Notes under the pieces: generated by a model
Databases searched by the model: none
Seen by the model: the letters and a program-made list of their open reading frames with translations, nothing else
Told to the model about the DNA's origin: nothing
Shown here: positions 10,362-20,083 of the stretch, in pieces
Layout: each line of letters begins with the position of its first letter
Position numbering within the stretch: position 1 is the first letter of the stretch
Program-made: the position numbers and the translations under genes
Origin: Candidatus Nomurabacteria bacterium
GTDB taxonomy: Bacteria > Patescibacteriota > Minisyncoccia > Phycocordibacterales > UBA9973
Assembly (NCBI GenBank): GCA_016699365.1
Contig: CP064973.1
Span: forward strand, 64,195 to 128,194
DNA length: 64,000 bases
Direction: 5' to 3'

Positions 10362-12356
10362 ATGAAAAATCCAAAAAATAAGCAAGTTACCCGTTTCCAA
10401 GCTAAATCGGCTTCAGATCCAAAAAAACCAATTCACACTAAAAAATCTCCAAAAACAGAGATTATAGAAGGGGTAATATCAGTATCTTCTCGAGGAGATG
10501 GGTATTTGCGTATTCGTGAACCAAAAGAAGACATAGCTATCATCCGAGGAGGACTAAACACTGCCCTACACGGAGATCTAGTGAGTGTCCGCGTATTGCC
10601 TATGCGCCAAAAAGGTTCTCGTATGGGTGAAGTCGAAAAGATTATCTCTCGCGGACGACCTGGCTTTTCTGGGGTGCTAGAAGAAAGTGAGGGCATGTTC
10701 TTCCTGGTTCCTTCTGATACAAAAATGTATACAGACATAATAATCCCGAAAGAAAAATTAAATGGAGCAAAAAATGGAGACAAGGTTTTTGGAGTTATTA
10801 GTTCATGGGAAGATCCAAAAAAATCTCCGATAGGAAAAATTGAAAAAGTCTTGGGTAGACCATATGAAAACAATGCAGAGATGCAAGGAATCGCACTTGA
10901 GCGCGGTTTTGACAGTGACTTCCCTATCGAAGTTACAAACGAAGCAAAGCACCTCTATGACAAATCTACGCATGACGAGGGAGTTCGTCGCGATATGCGA
11001 AAAGTTCCAACCTTTACTATTGATCCGTATGACGCAAAAGACTTTGACGACGCTCTTTCTTTTGTAGAACTACCTGATGGAACATACGAAATAGGAATTC
11101 ATATTGCAGACGTATCACATTTTGTCCGACCAGGAACAGCTCTAGATGAAGAAGCATATAAACGCGGAACTTCTGTGTATCTAGTCGATCGCACAATCCC
11201 CATGCTTCCTGATGTTTTATCAAACGACTTATGTAGTCTTAAGCCAAATGTGGACAGACTTTCTATGAGTGCGATTTTTATAATGAACAAAAGTGGAGCT
11301 GTTCTAAATGAATGGTATGGACGCACTATTATACATTCTATTAGACGCTTCACATACGAAGAGGCTCAAGAAGTTTTAAATACAAAAAAAGGAGATTTTG
11401 CTCGTGAGCTTGAAATTATGAATAGTATTGCAAAGAAGCTACTAAAAGCTCGCTACGACAAGGGAGCGATGTCTCTTGATCAAGAAGAAGTAAAATTCAA
11501 GCTCGATGAAAAAGGTGTGCCTATATCAGTCGTACGTAAGGTTCGTACAGATTCTCACAAACTAATCGAGGAATTTATGTTGCTCGCAAACAGAAAAGTT
11601 GCTGAATTTATATCTGGAAGCGGAAAACGTAAAGACAGAGTTTTTGTGTACAGAGTTCATGATGTCCCAGATAAAATGAGAATTGCAGACCTAGCATTCT
11701 TTTTGAAATCACTTGGTTATAAACTTCCACTTCATGAAGGACTTCCAAAACCAGAAGCGTTAAACAAATTACTCGAGGAACTGGATGGTCATCCTGAAAA
11801 AAATACGATTCAAACTGCGATTATTCGATCTATGGCCAAGGCTGTTTATTCTACAAAAAATATCGGCCACTACGGTCTTGCTTTTGATTTCTATACTCAC
11901 TTTACTTCACCTATCAGACGTTATCCAGATGTCATAGTTCACAGACTGCTTATGGAGTATTTGGCAAATAGAGAAATCAAAAAAGATTCTTGGCAAACTT
12001 ATCAAGAGAGCGCACTCTATGCTTCCGAACGTGAAAAACATGCTACAGATGCAGAACGTTCATCTATAAAATACAAACAAGTTGAATATATGTCTTCACA
12101 TGTAGGAGAAATATTTGAAGGTATAATTTCTGGAGTTACAGAATGGGGTCTATATGTAGAAGAAAAGGAAACAAAGTGCGAAGGTATGGTAAAATTGAGA
12201 GATCTTGAGGGAGATATATTTATATTCGACGAAAAACACATGGCTATAGTTGGTACTAAAACCAAGAAGCGCTACCGCATTGGGAATAGTATAAAAATCA
12301 AAGTTGTAAACGCAAACCTCGAGAAAAAAATAATTGATTACGCACTAGTTGCATAA
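10362..12356 (+). CDS. rnr: ribonuclease R (RNB-family 3'-5' exoribonuclease)
   Basis: 664 aa. RNB catalytic region (IDPYDAKDFDDALSF...HIADVSHFV...VYLVDRTIPMLP) and a C-terminal S1-like region. Confidence 0.85.
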   Translation: MKNPKNKQVTRFQAKSASDPKKPIHTKKSPKTEIIEGVISVSSRGDGYLRIREPKEDIAIIRGGLNTALHGDLVSVRVLPMRQKGSRMGEVEKIISRGRPGFSGVLEESEGMFFLVPSDTKMYTDIIIPKEKLNGAKNGDKVFGVISSWEDPKKSPIGKIEKVLGRPYENNAEMQGIALERGFDSDFPIEVTNEAKHLYDKSTHDEGVRRDMRKVPTFTIDPYDAKDFDDALSFVELPDGTYEIGIHIADVSHFVRPGTALDEEAYKRGTSVYLVDRTIPMLPDVLSNDLCSLKPNVDRLSMSAIFIMNKSGAVLNEWYGRTIIHSIRRFTYEEAQEVLNTKKGDFARELEIMNSIAKKLLKARYDKGAMSLDQEEVKFKLDEKGVPISVVRKVRTDSHKLIEEFMLLANRKVAEFISGSGKRKDRVFVYRVHDVPDKMRIADLAFFLKSLGYKLPLHEGLPKPEALNKLLEELDGHPEKNTIQTAIIRSMAKAVYSTKNIGHYGLAFDFYTHFTSPIRRYPDVIVHRLLMEYLANREIKKDSWQTYQESALYASEREKHATDAERSSIKYKQVEYMSSHVGEIFEGIISGVTEWGLYVEEKETKCEGMVKLRDLEGDIFIFDEKHMAIVGTKTKKRYRIGNSIKIKVVNANLEKKIIDYALVA

Positions 12357-12371
12357 TCAAAATAAAAATAA

Positions 12372-14720
12372 ATGCAAAAAAGAAGAATAAAACAAGTTTT
12401 TCTGGTATCCGGATTAACAATCGGGTCTGTTTTGTTTGGAATATTTGTAGCTATTTTTATATTTCAAGGATCTGTAAGGGCTTTCACATCAGCTAAGGCT
12501 TTTGGTGAACAGCTTAGTATTTTAGGAGACAGGATACGCGGTATAGACAACGATGTACTCAGTGAAAATTTTATAAATAAAGACACTCTATCTACGGAAG
12601 AACTATCGCCAGTAGAAATAACGCTTGGAAATATAAGTGATGGAATGTACACACCTCCGGAAACAGGAAAAGTAATCCGCATAAATCTTGAGAGTATGGA
12701 GCTTACTCAATATGAAGACGGAAAAATAATAAAAAATATTCCAGTTCTATCAAAAGGAAAAACAGGTTCTTATTGGGAGACACCAGGAGGAAAGTATAGT
12801 GTTTTATATAAAGAAGAAAGTCATCTTTCAAGTTTTGGTAAAGTATGGATGCCATGGAGCATGCAATTTTTTGGAAACTACTTTATCCACGGATGGCCAG
12901 TGGATAATTCAGGCAAACCTCTAGCAGACATAGGATATTCAGGTGGATGTATAAGACTAGACACATCAGATGCAAAAGCTTTGTATGAATGGGCAGACAT
13001 AGGGACAACTGTTTCTATATACAGCACCACGAGCGAAGAACCAACTTCCGTAGGAGAATCATCTCCTTACTTTTTGAAAAATCCAAAACTACTACCAAAA
13101 GTCTCGGCTAGTGCATATATAGTAGGAGATGTTTCTTCGGGAGATATTATCTTGGAAAAAAATATGGATGAAGTCCACCCTATTGCATCTGTATCAAAAC
13201 TCATGACTGCACTAACAGCACTAGACGTAGTTCATCAACGCGGAACATCTACTGTATCAAAAAAAGCTCTTTCTACTTATGGAGAAAATGGTGGTTTTTA
13301 TATAGGAGAAAAAATAAAAAATAGCGATCTCCTGTTCCCTCTTCTTTTAGAATCTTCGAACGATTCTGCAGAAATAATTGCTGAACAAGTCGGGCGCAAT
13401 TATTTTATGCGCGCAATGAACACCAAAGCTTCTTCTATTGGTCTAATACAAACAAATTTTGATGACCCAAGTGGATTGTCAGAAAACAACATATCAACAG
13501 CTAGAGATTTGTTTAAGATGGCTAGATATATACACGAGTTCAAGCACTATGTATACGACATAACCAAGTTAGAAAAATATTCCAACGGAACTCATACATG
13601 GGTAAACACAAATAGATACCTGGGAGAAGAAAATTATGCTGGAGGAAAAACTGGTTACACAAATCCTGCAAAAGAAACGATTGTTGCACTATTTGATGTA
13701 CCTATATCAGAATTTGAAAATAGAACAATTGCAATAATATTATTGCAAAGTTCAGACAGATATGGAGATACAAATGAGCTAATTAGTTACTTAAGAAAAA
13801 ATGTATACAGAGGAGCCAACAGACCAATTGAGATAGTTGAAAATACAGAAGAACCAAGCAGAAAAGTCAGCTTAGCTTTTGGTGGAGATGTAATGCTCGA
13901 CAGAGGTGTAAGAAGTTCTGTAGATAGAAATTTTGCAGGAGATTATTCTAGATTGTTCGAAAATCTAATTCCCTTAAAAGAAGCGGATATAAGTTTCATA
14001 AATCTTGAAGGACCAGTTTCAGACACCGGCAACAATGTAGGAAGTAAATATTCTTTTCGTATGGATCCTAAAGTTTTAGATGTTATGAGGTATGCGGGCA
14101 TAGATATTGTATCTTTTGCAAACAACCATGTCGGCGACTGGAATAAAAGCGCTTTCAATGACACTCTATCAAGACTAAGAGAATCTGGAATAAAATACAC
14201 AGGTGCTGGAAGCAACCGATCTGTCGCAATAGAGCCAACAATAATAGAAAAAAATGGATTGAAAATCGGATTCTTGGGATTCTCTGATGTTGGCCCAGAT
14301 TGGGTAAAGGCTACAGATACTTCATCTGGAATATTGATAGCAAGCGATCCAGATTTGGAAAATATAATAAGAAACGCAAATCAAAAAGTAGATATACTAG
14401 CTGTGTCTTTTCACTGGGGTACTGAATATTCAGAACATAACGCGCGACAAAAAACTCTAGCTTACAAAGCAGTAGAAAACGGTGCTGAGTTAGTTGTAGG
14501 ACACCATCCTCATGTCATACAAGATACAGAGGAATACAAAGGAGCACTCATAATGTACAGTCTTGGAAACCTAATATTTGATCAATACTTCTCAGAGGAA
14601 ACAATGCAAGGCTTAATAGTGGAAGTCAGCTTCTCTGGAGACAAACTAGAAAGTTACCAAAAAAAACTTGTTAAATTGAATTCTTATTTCCAACCCCAAG
14701 AAATCTTGGATTACCCATAA
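12372..14720 (+). CDS. membrane-anchored tri-domain cell-wall enzyme: L,D-transpeptidase (YkuD) + D-Ala-D-Ala carboxypeptidase (S11/PBP5-like) + CapA/PgsA-type metallophosphatase
   Basis: 782 aa. N-terminal TM helix. YkuD motif HGWPV...GYSGGCIRLD. S11 motifs SVSKLMT (SxxK), SSND (SxN), GGKTGYT (KTG). C-terminal CapA-like blocks VSFANNHVGDW, LAVSFHWGTEY, GHHPHVIQ. Confidence 0.75.
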   Translation: MQKRRIKQVFLVSGLTIGSVLFGIFVAIFIFQGSVRAFTSAKAFGEQLSILGDRIRGIDNDVLSENFINKDTLSTEELSPVEITLGNISDGMYTPPETGKVIRINLESMELTQYEDGKIIKNIPVLSKGKTGSYWETPGGKYSVLYKEESHLSSFGKVWMPWSMQFFGNYFIHGWPVDNSGKPLADIGYSGGCIRLDTSDAKALYEWADIGTTVSIYSTTSEEPTSVGESSPYFLKNPKLLPKVSASAYIVGDVSSGDIILEKNMDEVHPIASVSKLMTALTALDVVHQRGTSTVSKKALSTYGENGGFYIGEKIKNSDLLFPLLLESSNDSAEIIAEQVGRNYFMRAMNTKASSIGLIQTNFDDPSGLSENNISTARDLFKMARYIHEFKHYVYDITKLEKYSNGTHTWVNTNRYLGEENYAGGKTGYTNPAKETIVALFDVPISEFENRTIAIILLQSSDRYGDTNELISYLRKNVYRGANRPIEIVENTEEPSRKVSLAFGGDVMLDRGVRSSVDRNFAGDYSRLFENLIPLKEADISFINLEGPVSDTGNNVGSKYSFRMDPKVLDVMRYAGIDIVSFANNHVGDWNKSAFNDTLSRLRESGIKYTGAGSNRSVAIEPTIIEKNGLKIGFLGFSDVGPDWVKATDTSSGILIASDPDLENIIRNANQKVDILAVSFHWGTEYSEHNARQKTLAYKAVENGAELVVGHHPHVIQDTEEYKGALIMYSLGNLIFDQYFSEETMQGLIVEVSFSGDKLESYQKKLVKLNSYFQPQEILDYP

Positions 14721-14785
14721 AGATACTTTTATCTGGTATAATTAGTCCGTCGCATTACTCGTTTAGAAACGTGTTTTAACTCTAT

Positions 14786-16993
14786 ATGAAAAATTTTTTA
14801 AAAGATCCAGAATATAACTCAATCAAAAGTATTTTTCTGGTTGTGTTTGTGATTGGAGTAGGTTATTTTATAGGTCAATTTGCAATAAACAGAAGCAATT
14901 ACCTAAAAGCACTAGTAAACCCAGAAGACGTAGCCACAATAAGTATAAATTTAAATTCAATTGGAGGAGCTGATTCTGTAGAACCAGGGATATATGGTAT
15001 TCATATGGCAAAGCTCTTAGATGAAGCCGGTGTTGCTGATGGATGGTTATCTACTATAGAAGACTTCACTAGTGACTTAGAGCCTCACTATGCCAGATTT
15101 TTTGCCGGAGGCGAAGTGAGTTACTATCATTTTAAGACTACATACCTAGAGACAGGCAGACTCTCTGCAGCTGAGATAGCAAGTCTTGCTCCTGGAAACG
15201 AAATCCGCGGAAATGGATTTATTATTGCGGACAGAGAGGACGAAGAAGCTAATGGGAACACTGGAGAACTAGACCAGCTTCTAGCAACAAAACCTAGATA
15301 TGGAAATCTATCTTATTTAGAAGGATTCCAAAATACAAAATCTCGTAATTTTATTAGAGATTACGTTGATATATTAGATGCAGGAAATTCTAAATCTATG
15401 TTTGTTCTAAACCTAAGATATTCAACACCACAAGCAGAATTGGAGAAAATAGATTTCTTGATAGAAGAGGGTGTAGAAATAATAGGCATCGAATGCGGCA
15501 ATGAAGCATACGCAAAAACTCACCCTTGGTACAACACAGGCAACCCAACGATAAATGCTCCTCTATCTGTAGAGGAATACTTAGATACTTGTGATACTTA
15601 TAGAGATCTAATACTTGCTTCACACCCTGGCATACCGTTTGCAGTTTCAGCTGCTCCAAAAAAGAATTTTGAAGAAGGAGCAGAATGGGAAGCTAGTGAC
15701 TTCAATACAGAATGGAATATTTCCCTGGCAACAAAAATGAACGAGCATGGGTATGACAATTACACCGTTCACTTCTACGCACCTTTCAATAGCTGTGAAG
15801 ATGAAGTCGCCACAGGAGATAGAGATTCTATATTTACATGTGGACTCGAAGAAATACGCGATCTACGAAATACAGTAGAGGGACCAAATGGAACAGTAAG
15901 ATTACCTGTAATATTTAGTTGGTATAAAGAAAATTTCCCAGGAAAAGATATGTGGTTTACTGAATGGAACATAAACCAAGATCCTCTAAATGGAACAGAT
16001 GCAAAATACGCAAACTCAATACTTCATGCTGCTTTTGTTACGAATGTAATGAATATTATAAATATGCAAAATGCATATAATGGAAACTTTATTCCATTTG
16101 CAAACTTACATACATATGTAACCGATGGCGGAAACGCAATGATAAATCTACATGTATCAAAAGGAGTTGGTAACAGCGAACCAGAGGATACTGGTGAATT
16201 TGTAAGACGAACACCGTACTTTGCTTATATGTCTATGAAAGAAATATTTCAAGACGACTACAAACCACTTGAAACTACATTTACAATAAATACTCCGGGA
16301 TTAGACCCAAATGACGTAACAATATATGGATATAAAAAAGATAATGGAGACATAGCATTGGCGTTTACAAATCTCACAAGTAAAACTTTACACATAGATG
16401 AACTCACAATCGACGGAGACGCCGTGGACTTAAATAGCTCTAGTGCAAATCTATATTCAATCGACGGAGACGCCAATTACGCAAGTAGAGGAAAGACTGA
16501 GTTCGCTGTAAATCCTGGACATGAGGTTACAATAAGAGAAAATGACTTCTATTCAAGTATCACAAATCTTTATATACCATCTTTTGGAATATCTACAGTA
16601 ACTATAAACACAGATATCGTAGAAGATAATCCTGGTTGTACTATACTGGAAAATATAACTGGAAACTGTGATGAAGATATCAATGAACCAGAAAACGATA
16701 CAGAAGCACCTACTATTGAATTAGCTGGACCTGCAGATAAATTCATCCTAAACGGAGCTACAACAGTAGTAGCAGCAAGCGCAGCAGACAACATCGGTAT
16801 ACAGAAGGTAGAGTTCTATTATGGCAGTACAGCGGATATGAAAAATCTAATTGCAACAGATGATACAGCTCCTTACAAATCTACGTGGAATACAGCCCAA
16901 TTACCTGTAGGTACATATAGAGTTGGAGCAAAAGCTTACGACACTTCTGGAAATACCACTTTCAGTAATTATGTGACAGTAAAAAAACAATAA
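14786..16993 (+). CDS. membrane-anchored putative glycoside hydrolase (clan GH-A-like TIM barrel) with C-terminal Ig-like domain
   Basis: 735 aa. N-terminal TM. GIECGNEAY and WFTEWN resemble the acid/base and nucleophile Glu motifs of clan GH-A enzymes. The C-terminal ~90 aa (…VEFYYGSTADMKNLIATDDTAPYKSTWNTAQLPVGTYRVGAKAYDTSGN…) is a typical Ig-like domain of secreted hydrolases. Confidence 0.5.
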   Translation: MKNFLKDPEYNSIKSIFLVVFVIGVGYFIGQFAINRSNYLKALVNPEDVATISINLNSIGGADSVEPGIYGIHMAKLLDEAGVADGWLSTIEDFTSDLEPHYARFFAGGEVSYYHFKTTYLETGRLSAAEIASLAPGNEIRGNGFIIADREDEEANGNTGELDQLLATKPRYGNLSYLEGFQNTKSRNFIRDYVDILDAGNSKSMFVLNLRYSTPQAELEKIDFLIEEGVEIIGIECGNEAYAKTHPWYNTGNPTINAPLSVEEYLDTCDTYRDLILASHPGIPFAVSAAPKKNFEEGAEWEASDFNTEWNISLATKMNEHGYDNYTVHFYAPFNSCEDEVATGDRDSIFTCGLEEIRDLRNTVEGPNGTVRLPVIFSWYKENFPGKDMWFTEWNINQDPLNGTDAKYANSILHAAFVTNVMNIINMQNAYNGNFIPFANLHTYVTDGGNAMINLHVSKGVGNSEPEDTGEFVRRTPYFAYMSMKEIFQDDYKPLETTFTINTPGLDPNDVTIYGYKKDNGDIALAFTNLTSKTLHIDELTIDGDAVDLNSSSANLYSIDGDANYASRGKTEFAVNPGHEVTIRENDFYSSITNLYIPSFGISTVTINTDIVEDNPGCTILENITGNCDEDINEPENDTEAPTIELAGPADKFILNGATTVVAASAADNIGIQKVEFYYGSTADMKNLIATDDTAPYKSTWNTAQLPVGTYRVGAKAYDTSGNTTFSNYVTVKKQ

Positions 16994-17000
16994 AAAAATA

Positions 17001-17033
17001 AAAACGGAATTTTTTAAAATTCCGTTTTTTTAT
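17001..17033. terminator. bidirectional rho-independent terminator
   Basis: aacggaatttt-ttaa-aaattccgtt hairpin flanked by A/T runs, between convergent genes. Confidence 0.6.
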
Positions 17034-19279
17034 TTAGCAACTTTTAACGCTTCGTCAAATTTTATAGAAAGTAATTTTGATCCTCCGTCAGACCCAATCG
17101 TAACTCCATAGAGTATATTTGCACGAGACATCGTCTCTCTGTTGTGAGTAACAACAATCAACTGAGAATACTTGGCCAAGGACTCAATCATGTCACCATA
17201 TTTTCTACTATTTGCTTCATCGAGCGCTGCATCTGTTTCGTCCAGTACCAAGAATGGCGGTGGGTTAACTTGAGACATCGCAAACAAGAGCGCGATAGAA
17301 GTGAGTGATCTTTCTCCTCCTGAGAGCATATGAAGGTCTTTAACTTTTTTATGTGGCAATGCTACGTTTATCTCGATTCCCCTCTCAAACAAAAGCTCAG
17401 AGCTAGAATCTTCACCTACAACCTCTTCCTTGTATTCATCTTCAGATTCACGAACACCTTTGTGTTCGACCATTATACGCAAGAAAGCAGTTCCTCCGCC
17501 GAACATTAATGCAAAAAACTTTTGAAATTGTTCATTTATCTTCTCAATTCCGGAATTAAACTCTTCATCCAAAGTATCACGTAAATCACGTATTAGAGTC
17601 TTTAATTCTAAAATACTACTTTCTAGGTCAGCCAATTCTTTTGCTAAAAATTGATCCCTAGAAACTGTTTCTTCATATTCTTTCAAAATATCTCCACCAG
17701 CTCCACCGCCAACGTCTTCTATTTTTATCTTTAGTCTCTCTATTCTCCTTCGTACATCTTCTTGGTCTATCCTACTAACCTCTCTACCGATAGATGGATC
17801 ATAAGCACTAGCTCCAAAACCAATCAAAACCTCAGCTTCTTTTAATTCATCTTGAAAAGAAACCTCCTGACTCTTTAGTGTTTCTTCTTGTACCAAAAGT
17901 ATATCTCGAGCTCCTATCAATTCAGTTTCTTTTTGTTTTAATTCATAGCGTTCTTTTTCACCTTCCCTATCTTCTCTTTCTTTGTTTCTAAGTATATTAC
18001 GCGCTTCTTCTAAGATAGATTCTTTTTTAGATCTCTCTTCGGATAAATTCTTCTCTAAGACAGACAGTTCATCATAAGAAATTTCCAAAATTTTTATCTC
18101 CTCAATCAAATCATTGTTTTTTGTATTTGTATTTTCACCAGAAGAAACAAAAGACTGGAGTCGATTTTTTAAAGACAGCAAAGCTTCGACAATCTCTTCT
18201 CTGGATTGTCTTTGTATAGCTTCATCAATAGAACTAGAAACCTCATCGAGCATTTTTCTAACCTCAGATTGTGATATCAACAAATCTTCTGTGTTCTCTT
18301 TTGTTTGTGATAAAGATTTCTTTGCTTCAAGTAGTCCCTCTAGTCGAGCAATCTTTCTAATTATTTCATCTCTCTCTGTATTTATATCAAGTAAAGCTTT
18401 CTGTGCTTCTCTTACAGCAATCTCATCATCGTTTGTTTTCTTACTATCTGGAGTACTAAGTAGCCCGAGAGAATGTGTAATCTTATCTAGCTCAGCAGCT
18501 ATTGTAGATTTTTTTATTTGAACCCTGCTTCTTTCTCTGTCTAGGTAAAAAGCTTCATTTGCAAAATACTCTGCATATAAACCAGAAAGTTCTACGCGCA
18601 TTTCTTTTGCTTTTTCAATTTTTTCAACTTGTTTCTTAAGAAAATGTAAGTGCGGACCTATCTCGCGACGCAATGTTGCTATCTCCTTCATATTAAGAGA
18701 AGTTCTTTCTAATTTTCTTTCACTTTCTCTTATGCGGTATTGATATATTTTTAAACCAAGAGCATCTTCAATCATTGCCCTTCTGTCTTTTGAAGAAGAG
18801 TTAAGTATTCGATCAGCCTCACCTTGTGAGATCATGTGGTGACCCGAGCTACCTATGTGCACACTAGAGAGCAATTCAACTATATCTTTCAGTCTTACAT
18901 CTGTACCATTTATCTTGTATACATTCTGCCCATCAGAATATACTTCACGAGATATAGAGACTTCATCAAAAAGCAGCTCTGGCGCACCTTCTTTGTTTGC
19001 AAAAGAAAATATTTTTTTAGTATTATCAAAAACAATCTCTACAGAAGCACGATTTGGGGCAGAGAGACCTTTCGATCCCTTGAAAATCAAATCTGTGCCA
19101 GATTTTCCGCGCATTGATTTTATAGATTGTTCACCTAAAACGAAGCGAAGAGATTCAACTACGTTTGACTTACCTGATCCGTTTGGTCCAACTATGGCTG
19201 TAACTGGCGCCGAAAACTCAAGAACTGTTTTCTTGGCAAAAGATTTAAATCCAGTTAATTCAATACGTTTAAGATACAT
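17030..19279 (-). CDS. smc: SMC-family ATPase (short chromosome-segregation Smc-like protein)
   Basis: 749 aa. Walker A (GPNGSGKSN), long coiled-coil middle, C-terminal ABC signature and Walker B (LSGGERSLTSIALLFA...FLVLDETDAALD). Adjacent to rnc as in many bacteria. Much shorter than canonical ~1180-aa Smc. Confidence 0.65.
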   Translation of the reverse strand: MYLKRIELTGFKSFAKKTVLEFSAPVTAIVGPNGSGKSNVVESLRFVLGEQSIKSMRGKSGTDLIFKGSKGLSAPNRASVEIVFDNTKKIFSFANKEGAPELLFDEVSISREVYSDGQNVYKINGTDVRLKDIVELLSSVHIGSSGHHMISQGEADRILNSSSKDRRAMIEDALGLKIYQYRIRESERKLERTSLNMKEIATLRREIGPHLHFLKKQVEKIEKAKEMRVELSGLYAEYFANEAFYLDRERSRVQIKKSTIAAELDKITHSLGLLSTPDSKKTNDDEIAVREAQKALLDINTERDEIIRKIARLEGLLEAKKSLSQTKENTEDLLISQSEVRKMLDEVSSSIDEAIQRQSREEIVEALLSLKNRLQSFVSSGENTNTKNNDLIEEIKILEISYDELSVLEKNLSEERSKKESILEEARNILRNKEREDREGEKERYELKQKETELIGARDILLVQEETLKSQEVSFQDELKEAEVLIGFGASAYDPSIGREVSRIDQEDVRRRIERLKIKIEDVGGGAGGDILKEYEETVSRDQFLAKELADLESSILELKTLIRDLRDTLDEEFNSGIEKINEQFQKFFALMFGGGTAFLRIMVEHKGVRESEDEYKEEVVGEDSSSELLFERGIEINVALPHKKVKDLHMLSGGERSLTSIALLFAMSQVNPPPFLVLDETDAALDEANSRKYGDMIESLAKYSQLIVVTHNRETMSRANILYGVTIGSDGGSKLLSIKFDEALKVAK

Positions 19280-19306
19280 TTTTTAAAATCAATTTTTTAA
19301 AATATT

Positions 19307-20032
19307 TTAATCAAGCCAATTCTTAACTTTCAATGCTTCAGTTGCTGCTTTTTGTTCTGCTTCTTGTTTAGACTTACCTTTACCTTGGGCTATCAAATCT
19401 GCTCCAAAAAATATACCAGTAGTAAAATGCTTGTCGTGATCTGGGCCTGCTTCTGATAATACCTTATAAGAAGGCGTAACTCCTACAAATTCTTGGGCTT
19501 TTTCTTGGACAAGACTCTTAGGATCTCTCCAGGATTTATTTTTTACAATCTCATCAGTCAAAGGAAATAGTGTCTTAGAGACAAATAATTCAGATTTTTC
19601 GTATCCTTGGTCTAAGTATACCGCACCTAAAAAAGCCTCATATGTGTTTGCCAATATGTATTGTCTAGCCTTACCGATATCTTTTGCTTCACCTTTAGAT
19701 AACAATAGAAATTCTCCCATACCTATCGAAGTAGCAACCTCAGCAATTGTCACAGCATTCACCAAAGCCGCCCTAAAAGCTGTTAGCTCCCCTTCGTTGT
19801 GTTGTGAAAACTTTTTATACAAATAATCTGTAATGATAAGCTCGAGTACTGCGTCGCCTAAAAACTCCAACCTTTCATTGTGAGAAAAACTTAGATTTGG
19901 ATTTTCATTTAGATATGAGCGATGGACAAAAGCCTGCATTAGCAAATTTTTATCTTTGAAAGTCATTCCGACTTTCTTTTCAAAAAGAGAGAAGTCAACC
20001 ATATATTTATTGAAGTATGAATTATGAATCAA
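19307..20032 (-). CDS. rnc: ribonuclease III
   Basis: 241 aa. RNase III signature NERLEFLGDAVLEL, plus a dsRBD at the C-terminus. Confidence 0.9.
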   Translation of the reverse strand: MIHNSYFNKYMVDFSLFEKKVGMTFKDKNLLMQAFVHRSYLNENPNLSFSHNERLEFLGDAVLELIITDYLYKKFSQHNEGELTAFRAALVNAVTIAEVATSIGMGEFLLLSKGEAKDIGKARQYILANTYEAFLGAVYLDQGYEKSELFVSKTLFPLTDEIVKNKSWRDPKSLVQEKAQEFVGVTPSYKVLSEAGPDHDKHFTTGIFFGADLIAQGKGKSKQEAEQKAATEALKVKNWLD

Positions 20033-20083
20033 GCGTTTTTGGCTTCATTCCTAATTCTTAACTCATAGTTTTTAAACTAAAAT

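Noticed and set aside
10433-12265. Minus-strand ORFs inside rnr (10433..10873, 11017..11223, 11099..11353, 12017..12265) and similar antisense ORFs inside rpoB, dnaE, gyrB, pheT, smc and others
   Set aside because: Antisense to long ORFs with strong conserved-family motifs, and no independent support.
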